From the NCBI GenBank assembly GCA_051362555.1, contig CM120648.1, forward strand, positions 2,972,587 to 3,036,586: 64,000 nucleotides of DNA. Reading direction: 5' to 3'. Positions within the stretch are counted from its first letter, which is position 1, and each line of letters opens with the position of its first letter. This document shows positions 27,304 to 41,440 of this stretch, piece by piece. This stretch comes from Lingula anatina (taxonomy: Eukaryota > Animalia > Brachiopoda). The position numbers and the translations under genes were made by a program. The notes below the pieces were generated by a model, which saw only the letters and a list, made by a program, of their open reading frames with translations, had not been told where the DNA came from and did no database searches.

Positions 27304-30300
27304 TTATTGTTTCTCAGTCTGCGCTCTGTGATCTAAATATACCCCAGGTGTGTCGCCGCCCGGAAGTGATACCTTCGGAGGCTCTGATTGGTCAGAAGTG
27401 TCTCTGACATAAGGGGGCGGGGCAATCGCCTGCTCATCCTCCCGAAGATTGACGCGAGACTGATATGGGGGTGGAGCCTAAAAACCAAAAGTTAATAATA
27501 AATAATTATAGTAACTGATAAATATAAATCCTTCTCAAATGAAGAGGAAGGGTGTTGTATTGAGAAATATATGACAATGCATTTTTTATTTATTTATCAT
27601 AATTGATAGCACTTATTTATTTATTTTTTTATTTTTTATTAATATTATTATTTTATTTTATTTTATTTTATTTATCTTATTTATTTTATTATTATTTATT
27701 TATTTATTTATTTTTTTTTTTTTGCAGCAAGGTTTCTTTTCCTGATCTAAGGCCCCATTCAAATAGACACAACTCTGCAGGGTTTCTCGCTGAGTGCAAT
27801 CAGCAAAACACATTAACACGCCTCCTACTGGCGTAAAGTAGAATCCCCAAAAGCTGGAGATCATACGAGTACGTTGGAAACAAGAGGAGTGTGTTTCAGA
27901 TATGCTGACTGCATTTTAACGCAGAGCAGGGTCGATCTACAAAGACAGTTGGCGTGTCTATTGGAACGGGGTCATATAGGCTACAGGCAACAATTGTCAA
28001 TTGTTAACCCATTAACAAACAGCACGTTTCAGATTAATGTACTATCTGGAGAAAACCACGGCCAGAGTCTTAAATTTTCGGATAGATGCATCTTCGTACT
28101 ATCGAGATGTAACGTTCGGTAGTAGACCGACGTTCACTGTTCTTGCGGTGGATTTGAAGAAGAATTGTCAATGTTTCTGAAATACTCACCACAACTGTGA
28201 ATATATCCTGATGAGACCGGTCTGTCACTATTGGTGGCAACACACTTCTTCCATTAATGTCCTGTCTTGTCGCTTGCGTTTGATTAGCAGACGATCTGTT
28301 CCCCCCTGGTCTGCTAAGGGATGCCCCGTTATTTGGAGTGTAACGAACTGTGCCTCCTGCCATTTCCCGCCGAAGTTTCTTCTTTTGCTGGCGATGTACG
28401 ACCTAATTTACAATATAGATATTTGTAACTAAATAACACATAGTTGGAGAAAGAATTATAAAATATTATCTTACTACTTACCATATTCTTTTTCAAAACG
28501 AATGTATGGCTTTCATGTTTATCAAGTCGACCTCGAATACAAAAAGAAGACCAACCTGTAGCACGAAGATAATGATCGCTATGAGAGCCAGAACGCCACC
28601 GATGATGAGGATAACCGTCCAGTAGGAAAGGGTTACAGTGCCAAAGCCGTTTTTGTTTGTTCCGCTTGGTGAGAGCGTTCCATCGTTATAGTCAATAGGA
28701 CGGAAGTAAGCACGGCGAGTTGACTGTGAAGAAGACGAGGCTACAGTGGCCCTACTTGCTTGTCGTGGGGATGTAGTTGTGGCTGAAATAAAATTGATAG
28801 GGCAATATGAAAGCATTGGAAACAGCAGTTGGAATTTTGCAAGGCCTTGGTGTGCTATTTTCGTTGACCCCCCTCCCCCTTAAAATGCGTTTGTAAATAA
28901 AAGTTTACGCCACATGACCTCGAATGATGTAACGCGTAGTGTGATTGTGACGACACATGAAAGATTGGGGAGGAAGCATTCCTTTCTTACATATATAAGT
29001 CTTTTTCTATCACCCTCATCCAGGGCCACTAGAACTAGAAACATTTCTCTGGGTATTCATTTGCTGTACAATTTTTGTACCGTGGGAATTTTGAACAAAA
29101 TGACGTCATATCATGCACGTAACTGCCTCTGGTAGAGCGTTTATTTCTTCATGTAAACCAACCCCAGTTTGGTAATACAAACATTTAAGCTTCTTCACCT
29201 CGTGTACAATAAGGCACATTTAGAGTGTAAACGACAGACACACTGACATAATTGTTTAGTTTGGGTCGCATGCTTTCTTAACCCAACAAACACATTTATT
29301 AGGCTTAATTCGATCAATTGAAAAATAAGCATTGTGCCTTTCGCCCTCACGACACCCTCCGTTAAAAATAAGAAAAGATTTAAGACGAGGACAGTTCCGC
29401 AAATGTATCTTTAAAGTATGATCGAGTGTTCCTACCTGGGCCACACCTGGAGAGCGTCTCGTCAGAATTGTCTCCACACTGGTCATAGCCGTCACAGAGC
29501 CGACTGGTGAGGACACACTCCTTGTTACCGCACTGCCACTGGTAAGAACGGCTACAGCCTGAAATATTAAATATATAAATAGATAAATAAATGAAATAAG
29601 TAAATAAGCAAATAAATAAATACTAGTAGATATATTTAGGGTATCTAGCGCAGTCTGTTACAATGTTAAAGCAATTTTAACAGATTGCATGGTAGCGGCC
29701 CTCTGGACAAGGGGTATGGTTTCATTCTGTCTGGATGTTTTTTTTTCGACGGGAATTGTACTTACTTATAAACGGCGGTGTTTGTGTGTCTCCGGGTTCT
29801 GCAACAGAAAGAAAAAAGTGACTGAGATTCAGAAAGCTGTATTATGGTTATATCTATCTATCTATCTATGTTTCTATCATTCCTCCCTCCCTCCCTCCAT
29901 CCATGCAGAGTACATTGTCAAGTGCCGGAGACGTCATTCATAGTACGAACCCTTTATTATTTATATATTCTTCAGCCACCCCTTAAGCGCATTTATAACA
30001 AAGTTTTAACCTCTCCCCCAGGCTCCCACTTTGCCTTACCGCAATTGCTAAGATAATATGAAAGGCACTACTCACGCCCGGGGGTGGTTGTGTACGACAT
30101 ATTAAACCCATTCCCGGAGATGGAATGGTCACTTTTGAACTTTATTCCAAGCCATCGACTGGAGCTCGTCTTGACGGCGACAGGGGTCGCTGGATCATTG
30201 TTGTCATGAGCACAGTGATAGTAGAGCTGTCTTGTATTGCTGCACGGGCCATCACAGATCTGTTAATTAGATCAAAAAACCAATCAATTAATAAATCAAT

Positions 30301-30690
30301 ACAATTATTGGTTTTTCAGATTTTGCAATCAAATTATTCAATTTTTTGCAAAATAAATTGAACAAGAACAATTCATAAAACTACCGCGATACTTACTTGG
30401 ACATAGTCCCTGCACCGTATTCGCCTTCCGTAAAATGTAGCTTCCAGTAAGACATAATTGACGGTCAGTCTAACCCTGTGCCCCAATGGAGCCTGCAGCA
30501 ACCACACACAGTACTCCTCGTCGTCATAGCTCGCGCTCTCCCCGTGACCTGGTGACGTAATGGTCCCCTCTGGAGTCACGCTGAGGTCAAGGAAGCCCCC
30601 GCATGTACCCCAGGTAGAGGTGGTGGCAGCGAGTGGGACAGAAACGAGAACCAGTAAGGCGGCTGTGGTTAGACGTTTGACGGAGAACAT
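27304..30690 (-). CDS. CUB + LDLa single-pass receptor, copy 2; exons 30690-30397, 30259-30076, 29798-29766, 29558-29436, 28782-28556, 28402-28190, 27477-27304
   Basis: Same exon sizes and phases as copy 1 (one extra codon in the stalk exon), open frame, two PPPY motifs, longer C-terminus ...[18 protein letters not shown]. Probable non-coding first exon near 35061-35190. Confidence 0.9.
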
Positions 30691-30794
30691 GGCTGAATGT
30701 ATGGGAACTACTGAAAATAAAATGAAAACGATGAAATTACTTTAATTGATATGTGGATTATTTCACAAGAAATGACACTCTGAGTACTCTCTCA

Positions 30795-33482
30795 TAGTCC
30801 GGTTGCTTAGGGCAAAAAAATGGCCAAATCGTGACACAGCGGATAAAAGCACCAAATTTTGCATTTGGGTACCTTTTGACATACTAAATCAAATTAGAGC
30901 CGTAGCCCATGGAAAGAATTTACCGTTTCGCCAAAAATCCAAAATGGCCGCCAATTTGTGAAAATTTGTAGAAATATGTACATATCTATGTTGATTTTTA
31001 TCAAATTAAGTATTTTCTCAATGTTTTCCACATCCTTATTACCCATATTATGCATATGTGTCAGATAAGAAACTAGTGGCCTTGGACTTATTGAAAAATC
31101 CAAGATGGCCGCCGTATGGCATAGGAATACTAGAACATGTACAAGGGTTAATGCCAACTAGGAAGATGCATTGCCCACTATCTAATTTATTTTGTTTCTT
31201 ATTACACAAATAATATATTTGTGGTAAGTAACTTACCTTTATTCACAGGCTATTCGAGAAAAATCCAAGATGGCCCCCATATCAAAGGAATACTAGTATA
31301 CACATAGGACTTCTTCTGCCATGGAGATAAAATATTAATTGATAAATTAGGTTTGTTTCTGAGTATTTTCCACATCTTTTTAATTCACATTATACATATG
31401 TGATGAGAATGTTATGTGTATCCTTTTTGAAAACAAAACAAAACAAAATGCCTGCCATTAGCCATAGAAGGTGGGGTTCAGTTAATACCTGCGAGAGATA
31501 GGCTTACAAATAAAATGAAGCTAAATTCAGTTGTTATTCTGTTTTTTTTTTTGTTTTTTTTTTTTAGTATTATTATCCCATGATACATATCTGATAGGTA
31601 ATTAATGTCCATATTTTATCATTTTGGGGAAATCCAAGATGGCCTTCATTTCCCCATAGGAAAACTGGTGCATTAGATTTTATAGGCACTTCTAAGGCAA
31701 ATGAGGGTAATCATGATATTTTTTCAAAATACTTAAGGGTATACACTTGTTACCCACCAGATAGTGTCTAAAAGTCCAAAATGAATGTGGGAAATACCGA
31801 GAAACAAAATTCATTTTATATTGAACCCGATGTCTCTCTGGCAGTAGTTGACTGTACTATTCCTATTGTGAATTGCAGCAATCTTGAATTTTCTCAAATA
31901 CTCAAGATGTACACTTGCTACACACCAGATTTATAAAGAGTCAGGTTAATAAGGATGTCAACATGTTTAAACATCAAACGGCTTTATTTCATGTTGGAAT
32001 CAATGTCTGAACTGTTCTATTAATTGACACCTATGTGCATTTGAATGATATATTCCTATGACAACTGGCAGCTATCTTGGGTTTTCTCCGAATAATACTC
32101 AAGGATACATACACTTTCAAAACACACAGAGTCTTTCATAAGGATAAATAGGATATGAAAAACATTTAAAAACGACCCAAAGTTATCTACATTTAAATCG
32201 TACTCAGTGTATCTCTAGCATTATTTAATTATGTGTTCGAATATTCTAATGACAAAAGGCAGACATCTTGAATTTTTTTCAGAATACCCAAATATACCCA
32301 CGTGCTACAGACCAGGTATACATCATAGGGGTAATAATAAATGGAATGAAAAACATAAATTATTTTTAAAACAAACCCATGGAAATATAATAGTATAATG
32401 AACCATATGCCTCATTAGCAGCAATTGAAACCCACCCATTAGTATTCCTATGTTAAATTGTACGTATCTTTTTCTCAGTATATCCAAGGATGCACACTAT
32501 TTACCCACCAGATATATATCATAGGACTAATAAGGATGGGCAAAACTTGATAAGCAAACACAAATTCACCCTGGTAGTAGATGAAAAGCCATGGATGTGC
32601 AGTTGTAATTCCAGTAGTATTCCTATGGCCAGTGACGGCCATCTTGGGTTTTCTCAAAATGATCAAATATGCACATTTATTACCTGCTAGATATGTATCA
32701 CAGTGTAATAATAATAATGTGTAAAACACTAAAAATAAACTGAATTTGATAGTAAATTAGCTGGCGTTAGTTCCAACCCTTTGTAATACTAAAAGTATTC
32801 CTATTACATATGACGGCCATCTTGGATTTTCTCAAAATGCCCTAGTATACTGTTAATTACTCACATACATATTGTGTGGGTAGAAAAGATGTGGAAAACA
32901 CTCAGAAACCAGCTTAATTTGATAGTGAAAAACTAATCTTTCCAGTTGCCATTAGTTGAATCCCCCGTATACTAGAATTCCTGTGGCACATGGCAGCCAT
33001 CTTGGATTTTCCAAAATGCTCAAGAACACTTCATAGTTACTCACCACAAACATGTTATGTGGGTAACAAAGATCTGAGAAACAGACTTAATTTGATAGTG
33101 GACAACGTATCGTCCTAGCTGGTAATAGTTGTGCACTAGTATGTATTCCTATGGCTGTTTCTATGGCAAATGACAGCCATCTTGGATTTTTTCAAAAAGT
33201 CCAAGGGAACTTGTTTGCCATCTGACATATATGAATAAAATGGGTAATAAGGGTGTGGAAAACTCTGAGAAAATAATTTATTTGATAAAAATCAACATAG
33301 GTATGTACATATTTCTAAAGAATTCAATATATTGGCGGCCATTTTGGATTTTTTGGCCAAACGGTAAATTTTTTCCGTGGGCTACGGCCCTAATTTGATT
33401 TAGAATGTCAAAAGGTACCCACATGCAAAATTTGGTGCTTTTATCCGCCGTGTCACGATTTTTTCCTTAAGCCACCGGACTA
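30795..33482. mobile_element. 2.7-kb non-autonomous DNA transposon with long TIRs and a 3-bp TSD (Academ-like)
   Basis: tca|tagtccggttgcttag...cttaagccaccggacta|tca; inverted similarity extends ~300+ bp; interior made of degenerate repeats around ggccatcttggatttt / aaaatccaagatggcc; absent from copy 1 (~22850). Confidence 0.85.
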
Positions 33483-36223
33483 TCAGTGTGTATAATGACT
33501 GACATGGCTTTCTGCTTCATGGCTTTCCTGCAAGGCGCTTAAGTATCTTTAGAATTTACCATTTGCCTGAGTCGTGAATTGGCATACAGTTCATCTACCT
33601 ATAGGCCTAGTTTTACCCATTTAAAAAGTGGAGAAAAGTTAGGGAGTAGATAACAGGCATGACCTCGGAGAGCATCCGAAGAAGAGCGATTGTGCGCATC
33701 TGATGAATCTGAAGCCACATGTAGAGATATAACAACGGGGAATTTATTTTATATCAAAGTTACCTCAATAACGCACCATTAAAACTGAATATAATGAGTT
33801 ACTTAACCCACCCAGGAATAATTTATATGTTAAGCTCAGATTCGGTGACAGTAAGATAAAACGGTACAGCCAATGTAAAGCCTTGGATGTTCTGTTCTGT
33901 ACAATGTCGTGTCACTAAGGCTGAATAACTGTCCGTAATCTAAACCTGCCTTGATACAATAAAAATCCCATATAATATAAATCAATAATTAAGACGTACA
34001 CAACAGGTGAAGGACCGATATATGAAAAAAACAGACGGAAACTAAATATATATTTAATGGCTTAGATTTCTCTCGGACGATAACCTCATGGTCAAAAAGT
34101 TTTGGATTTACTGCTCTGGGGTTGATGTTGTCAAATCATGAGAAGTAAATGGATGACAACGCCGTCGACGGCATACCGGTTAATTTCAAATCCATCTGTT
34201 ATGACAACAGGACCTACGTGTTCCATAGCTATGCGCATAATTGGCTAAATCATCGCAAATAACCATCGTTATAGTTGCCCATTTCCATCTCTAAGACATA
34301 AAAACGTCCCCAGAAATACTTCCTTGTAGCTTTGATATTAATCCATTTCATTTCAGCATTGTAATTAATTTTATTACTTAAGGACAATTACCACGCGTCT
34401 GCAACAAGTACGATATATCTTTAAAGACAATTTCAAGATCCTGTTAAAAGAGGGTTCCAAACTGGTTAAATCGTCGCGAGGTTAAAAGTTATTTCTTGAC
34501 CGTGTCCTGATTCTCTGACAGCGTCCACGCAGGGGCTGCATGGGTTACTGGTTAATTCTGATGAATAAGTACTGTAAATTAAACTACTGTGCAGGAGACT
34601 GTAACGGTTCTATTATGTGCACCTTAAATATCATTACCATCACCGTCAATGATAATTATAATAATGAATTGATCCAAAAAAAAAAATGGAAGGGTGGGTC
34701 TCGGCTTATCCACCAAATCTTTAAAATACTCAATGTATCTATTGATACAGTATGAAAAAGCAGATTTCTGTGTCATTTCTGTAAATCGGGCAAGGTAACC
34801 TTGGACAGGGCGCCATGCAGTACTTGTCCATGACTTCGAGACATCTGTATAGTTTCTCAGTTAATAAGATTCCGAAGACTTGCCCATGGCGAGATGGCAT
34901 TGTTTGCTTCGTTATTGATCGACTATTGGCATATTGTATATATTTGACCAGGAAGTCTGACGATCTAATGCAGATTTTACCAGTAATGACACTATAGACA
35001 CCTGCTATAACGTCGATCAAAATGAGTAACTTATACAACTGGAACCAAGTACTCATCATACCTTTATACGTAGACTCCCAAATTCATGTTCCTCTTGCTG
35101 TCTCTCCGTCCCAGTTTCTGCGCCCGTCTGCCGAATTCTCTGCAGTGAAAAATACCAGCAGTTACTTTGCATAACCCACAGTGTGTGAACAGGTAGACCT
35201 AACTAAACACCGAGTATTCATGTCACAATCACTCCCATTGTGTGTTCATCGATCGCGCTGCAGACTGAATTGCCTAGGTTCGTATTGACTATACGTGCTC
35301 TCAGTCCCTAAGCGGCGTACCACCAAACAATAAACATCGTTAAAGACTCATGTGTGCTCTGCAGTGTATTGAAGTGCTGTAAAGCCATTGTAAATTGCAT
35401 ACATGAACATGTACAGGTACAAAGGCAGATTTAAGGAAAGGGTAAGGGTTGGGCTGAGATTTGATTTTCTAAAATATTTTACAGTGCAAACGGGGCGAAG
35501 GGACAGATGTTAAAGTGGGACTAACCTTCGTGTCCTCTAGATGTGTAAAATAAAAAGTATAAATGAGCAAAAATGTCCTTTAGCTTGGTAACTGAATTGT
35601 AGATGAAAATTATTAAGCAGAAGGTGAAAATTTCCTTCCTACCGTGAGCTTGCAGTCAACATGTACTTAGGTCTTCATCAGACTAACTTTTACACGATTT
35701 GCATATACCCTGTGCATGTAGGCCGACCCCAGTTGCAGTGACGACAATTTTCAGGATAAACTTTAAAAACTTTTAAACTTAGGACGACGACCAGGTGGAA
35801 TGATATACGTACATGTAAAAAAGTGAATGCCGATGCGTGTATTCCTCTAGCTTCCACCTCCTCTTGCGCTAAGTCTACAAATGTGGCCAAATGAGCCAAA
35901 TGATTAACTTATTGTCATTATATAGGTAAAACAGACAGCGAGGGTTGAACATATGCAGATATTAAGCAAACATCTCAAGGTATGACTACCGATAACAATA
36001 AACACTTTTTTATCATTTTTGCACGTTGGCTTCTTTCTTTCAAATTCTTTGAAATTTTCAATAATTTTTAAATGCAGTTCTTTCAAATTCCCTTGTGATT
36101 CAGCACGGCAGAATGCATAATGCTAAGGAACATCCTTTACGATTTTGGATACGTTTCTCATACATTGGGAGAAGAAATGTATTACTAGTACCTCAATTAT
36201 TGGCCTTAATTATTGCATCAATG

Positions 36224-36312
<89 letters not shown>

Positions 36313-37054
36313 CAGGTCAGTCACGCTGGTGGATAATGGCGAAACCCCTTCCACCCCAAAGTTTTTTTTTATTTTAAAAGGATATCTATAAACAGTTCAC
36401 ACATTTTAAGCCAATATTTCACAAACTTGAAAGATGTTTTCAAAACAATTTCCCGACCTCTGCAAATTAGGAGAACGTGCCTCCAGTGAGAGGCAACCTG
36501 TTTAAAAGAATGATTTATGACACGGGGAATACTGCAATCAAATGGCTCTTTATTACTCACATTACGTGTGAAGTGTTGCCATTTATTCCTTCAAATACAT
36601 AATTTAGCCACACGTCTTTCTCAGATTTAGACCTAAGCAGTTACTGGGGTATGAGAGTCCGTCTCAAGGCCTGGGACAGTGAAAGTCGCCACAGCCGGGT
36701 GTATCCACATACATTTAAATGCCGGTGTAACGTGACAGAGAGTCCCCCATTACAGAGAGTCCGCTTCCCATTCATTTGTACAGGTGAGCCTCCCCTTAGA
36801 TTTTGACCCACATAGGTCAGGCTAACCCTAACCATTATAACTTTGTGGAGGGCGGACTTTCTGTTACACGGACCCTCAGTTTCGTTACACCTGTAGTGAA
36901 AGAGAACACCATTACTTTTATGCGCAGCTGCAACACGGTTGAAATCAGGTATATTAGGTGATCATTAAAAACTAAATCTAAGGTCTAGAATATCAGAACA
37001 AGCAACACTTCAATATTAGCGATACTGTAAATGGCAAGTATTACAGGGATCATA

Positions 37055-37280
37055 GACCCCATTCCCATAGATTTTAGATCGATCTATCCCTGTGGGGAGT
37101 CTCACTAGATTACTGTCAGCTTAGCCGGCTTAAGCGTCTGTCCCGCCTACTAAAAGCTGTAAGGGGGTTATTAACTATGGTGCCCGCTCGGCTGACTGCA
37201 ATTTAGCGTGAACCCCCAGGGAGTTAGGTCGACCTAAATCTTATATCTCTGGATCGATCTAAATCTCTGGGAATGCACCC
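37055..37280. mobile_element. MITE family 1
   Basis: gaccccattcccatagattttagatcgatc...gatcgatctaaatctctgggaatgcaccc. Confidence 0.9.
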
Positions 37281-37819
37281 TATAGAAATGGTAAGCGTTC
37301 AACTCCCTGGCAAACACAGAACGTTTTAAAACGTTACCATATCGTTACCAAAGTGTTTTTTCTTTGTTAAATGAACGTTATTGTAACGTTATAATATTGC
37401 GTGCTGTGTTAGCTGGGTGTCAAGTTAAAAAGGGGTCTCGGGTGTCTATTTTGGCACAGTTTGTAGGGTTGCAAGTAAAAGGTGTTTTGTTTGGTATGGT
37501 GGATCCAGTTACAGTGGGGATGGACTTACCTACAGGGAGCAACGTATGCTGAATCTATTGCGGCTGTTCCGGGGGATTTGATTTCATCCAGAAAAAATTA
37601 ATTTTATATTTCTGTACCGAATAGGATTTGCATAGGATTTACCTGCATACTTTAACTTTTATAAAATGTTTTGGTTGATACCATTTAGCATACAATATAC
37701 TAGTACAGAAAAAATTAACGTTTGCTTCTGCCTGGTTTCTACAAGGACAAATATATTTTGCGATTAGATTAGGCATCATGTGTCACAAGTACACACAAAT
37801 GAATGACGTACACACATAC

Positions 37820-38010
37820 AACCGGTCAGGGGATCTTGCCGGTGTGACAGGAATGGTAGTCCTAGGAATGGAAGTCCGGGGTCCCATATGATAAGTACAG
37901 GTTAGGGTTAATTGGAGAATTGGGCTTAGTATATAGGTCGAATGCCACCTATGCAAAGTAATGGGGCCTGCGATTCCTAGCGGACTACGGTACCATTCCT
38001 TGCACACCGG
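37820..38010. repeat. Dispersed repeat with GGTTAGGGTT core; copies at ~39897-40062 and a diverged inverted one at ~36720-36890
   Basis: ccggtgtgacag.aatggta..cctagg..ggaa.tccggg..ccc.tatgataagt...ggttagggtt is shared between 37839 and 39899. Confidence 0.75.
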
Positions 38011-38901
38011 CATCAGAATAATTGCGCTAGTTGGTGTTATCTAAAACAGTAATGACATGTATTCGTCCACAGACTCTCTCCCATCGTTTAACAGAAATGC
38101 ATTATAATTTGTCTGCACAGATAGACGCCGTGTCTAACCATCTTAAAAACAACCCGTATATTAGCTGCATGCGTTCCCATAAACGTGATTGGCGTGATAC
38201 ATGTAAACATAGTCATCAGGTCAAAATTACATAAAACAAACAGGCGTCAAGTCACACACCGCAAACAGACTCGAGGTCCTTTTGTTAATGTATCGCCTCA
38301 AGCGATTACATCTTGCAACCTTATTTGAGAAAAGTCCCAGAAGTGATTTTATATGTAGATGCATGTTCACTGTTTTCTACCAGTATAACGGCTTGATATA
38401 GGTACTGGTATGTTACGTGTATGCTACGGTCTGGTAAGTAGGTCTAAGATAAAGCCTAATGTCTACCTGATAGGACTGCAACAATGGGGCTGCGCAAACG
38501 TTCAGTGACCTTGTTATTGCGTACCGGTATTTGGTATATTTATTTGGACTAGTGTCGGTCAATGACACACAGGTATAGGTTAGTCGTGAAGGACACGCGT
38601 CGAGATTCTGACTCGGAAGAACATCCCCTGTGAACGTTTTGCAGATCACGTGTTACAGGTAATGACTTGTTATTGTTTGGCGTACATGTATAAACTCATT
38701 AGTAATATCTAGAACATACTGTATATGTATAGACTCATTAGTTATATATGGAGAACATATATGAATGTGACGTTAGTACCTGGAATATTGGTACCCTCTA
38801 CTGTGGGGCGACAGATTGATTTTCCACAGATATTCATAGATATGTCTCTAGATAAATAGACGGTCATTTTGGTCTGTTGTCAACAGAGAGGGAATATTGG
38901 T

Positions 38902-39606
38902 CAGGGGCGGATTTAGGCCGTCTTCTGAGTCTTCCGGAAGACGGTCAGATTTTCAAGTTTACATTGATGGGTATATAATTTTTTTCTGTCGGAAGACGGT
39001 CAAAAATGAAGGATGAATAAACAAAGATAATTTGGAAGACTGTCAGAAAATATCTTTGGGTCCGCCCCTGTTGGTGTCAGTTTATTCCCCCACATATAAA
39101 GGAGAACACCAGGCCCGCAGCCAGGGGGGTTCGGGGGGTTCGAAAGAATCGCCCTTTTTGCTGGGAAAAGGTCCAAGTTGGATAAAATTTGATCTAGGTA
39201 CAAGAAGGTTTTATGGTAAAAGGTCCACTTTTTCAGAAAACGAACCCCCCATTTGAAATTGCTGGCTACGGGCCTGAACACTGTGTGGCGGATTCAGAGT
39301 AATTTTCTGGCAGTCTTCCAAATTATCTTTATTGATCAGTTCTTCATTTTTGACCGTCTTCCGACACAAAAATTTAGATACCCGCCAATGTAAACTTAAA
39401 AATCTGAACGTTACTTCCGGAAAGTTACGTGAAAAGTTACAAGAGTTTGTAAGTCCACGACTTTCAAGAGTTTTGAGAATACCGTGTAAGTCCAAGATAC
39501 AAATTCACGTAAATAGTTACAAATTGTTGTAAGTTACAAAGTTTTGAGAATACGGCCCCTGACCGTCTTCCGGAAGACCCAGAAGACGGCCTAAATCCGC
39601 CCCTGA
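38902..39606. mobile_element. Nested cluster of hAT-like MITEs forming a large inverted repeat
   Basis: caggggcggatttaggccgtcttc..tcttccggaagacggtcag at the left end and its reverse complement at 39559-39606; 38950-39068 is inverted at ~39285-39408. The centre holds caggcccgcagcc...ggctacgggcctg (39110-39276), a family also seen at ~494-735 and ~48024-48559. Confidence 0.75.
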
Positions 39607-40099
39607 CACAATAATACAGTACAAGCAAGCAGCCACCATGATCTTACAGGTTAAACCAAACACCTTTGATATGAAAATATGAAAAGGCCTTAAACTATAG
39701 TTAGATATCGTATAACACTTAACGTGGATTGCGGCATTAGTTATTTATTGCGTACGCCGGTCTGAATGTAAAACGTACATGAGCCTACCAGGTACCAGTA
39801 GGGCCTACATTATACCCAGCATACACCAACTTAATTCGTGCATGACTTACCGGTACAAGTATTTATTACATAAACCTGTAGTGAATGTAACGGGAGAACC
39901 GGTGTGACAGAAATGGTAACCCTAGGAGAGGAATTCCGGGCTCCCGTATGATAAGTGCGGGTTAGGGTTGGTCGGAATATTGGGGTTAGTATAAAGGACG
40001 AATGTCACCTGTACAAAGTAATGAGAGACGGACTACGGTTCCTAGCGGACTTCCATTCCTGTTAAAGGAGAAGGGTCATTATTTGGCTTTTATAACTTA

Positions 40100-40319
40100 G
40101 ACCCCATTCCCATGGACACCATCGGTCTGCGTGGATCGATCCAACTCTGCAGGGACTCTCGCTGATTGCGTAAATGCCAGGTACAGAAATGCTGTTGACT
40201 ACGAGTACGTTGGAAACAAGAGGAGGCGTGTCATGCAGTTAAGCTGATTGCACTCAGCGAAAGTTACCACAGAGTTGGGTCGATCCACGTAGACCGATGG
40301 AGCTTATAGGAATGGTGCC
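40100..40319. mobile_element. MITE related to family 1 (same termini, different interior)
   Basis: gaccccattcccatgg..catcggtctgcgtggatcgatccaactctg / cagagttgggtcgatccacgtagaccgatgg..ggaatggtgcc; the interior tacgagtacgttggaaacaagagg recurs at ~27863. Confidence 0.75.
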
Positions 40320-41203
40320 TTTAGCAGGTTTGAATAAACTATGAATGTACTGTATTCTCTCTGCTATGTTCAATATGACTTGACCACAGTATGGGAAAAA
40401 CAAGAGTCACGCCTTGATAATTATACATTTTGTATATCGCTAACAGAGGGCGACTCAACCGGCTTGTAATGAGAGCATCACACGACTGCATTTGTATTTC
40501 GCTTACAAATTGTGCACTGGGCCGATGGACTGTCCTTAACCACGCTTCAGTGCGTTACGGGCTTATTATATGTGCACTTGTCCTTTTGTTCGAAGTACTT
40601 GCACCTGTTTTACATCACATAAATCTTATTATCTATTCATTATTTTCATTCATTCATTAGTCTGAATACCAACCTAAATGTTAAAATCGAATTTTGTTTT
40701 TCTGTGTAACCAGCGCATTGAAGTAAGATATTTTTGCTGTTGTTATTGTTGTTTTTATCCAATTATTCATCTCCTATTAAATGATAAGGTTTAATTGTGG
40801 CATAAATACAAGTGCACGTACGTGTACAACCTCACCTGCCGCTGTGGTGAGGGATTGACATTTCTCATAAGTTTGTTATTGCAGCACATGTAGGTTATAA
40901 TGACCTGTGTAAATCCTTTAGTCCTGTACAGAGAAAAGAAAAGGCGCCCTGCATTCTAGGTTTCAAAAGACAGTACTCTATACTAAGGGTACACCATGAC
41001 TCTGTTGGTACTGACCCGCCACCTGTACTATGTACCCGGTAATAGCGCTGTCAGTCATGTTCAGTATTGAGAAGAATATACGGAATTGCCTGACATAAAC
41101 TATATTAAAAACTTTATTATTGTGATTTCTGTTCGTATGAACAAATGTGATCTAACCATGCAGTATGAACTTTCATATATTTTTTATACAATTTCAGTTC
41201 ACA

Positions 41204-41393
41204 ATGATCCGAATTCTGCTATCTTTGCTGATTATTGGCCTCGCTGGAAAAATCGAGGCCGCAGACCACGTGTTGGACATGACGTACCCCCTGGGGCCAA
41301 ACACGACATATTGGCCGGGCACACCGAAATTCCACTTCTCTATAGACTTCAGGAACTTTTCGGCGACTACTGGATGGTAAGTACACGTGTTAA

Positions 41394-41440
<47 letters not shown>

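Noticed and set aside
37895-37935. TTAGGG-like motifs as interstitial telomere
   Set aside because: Only one or two units, embedded in a dispersed repeat family.
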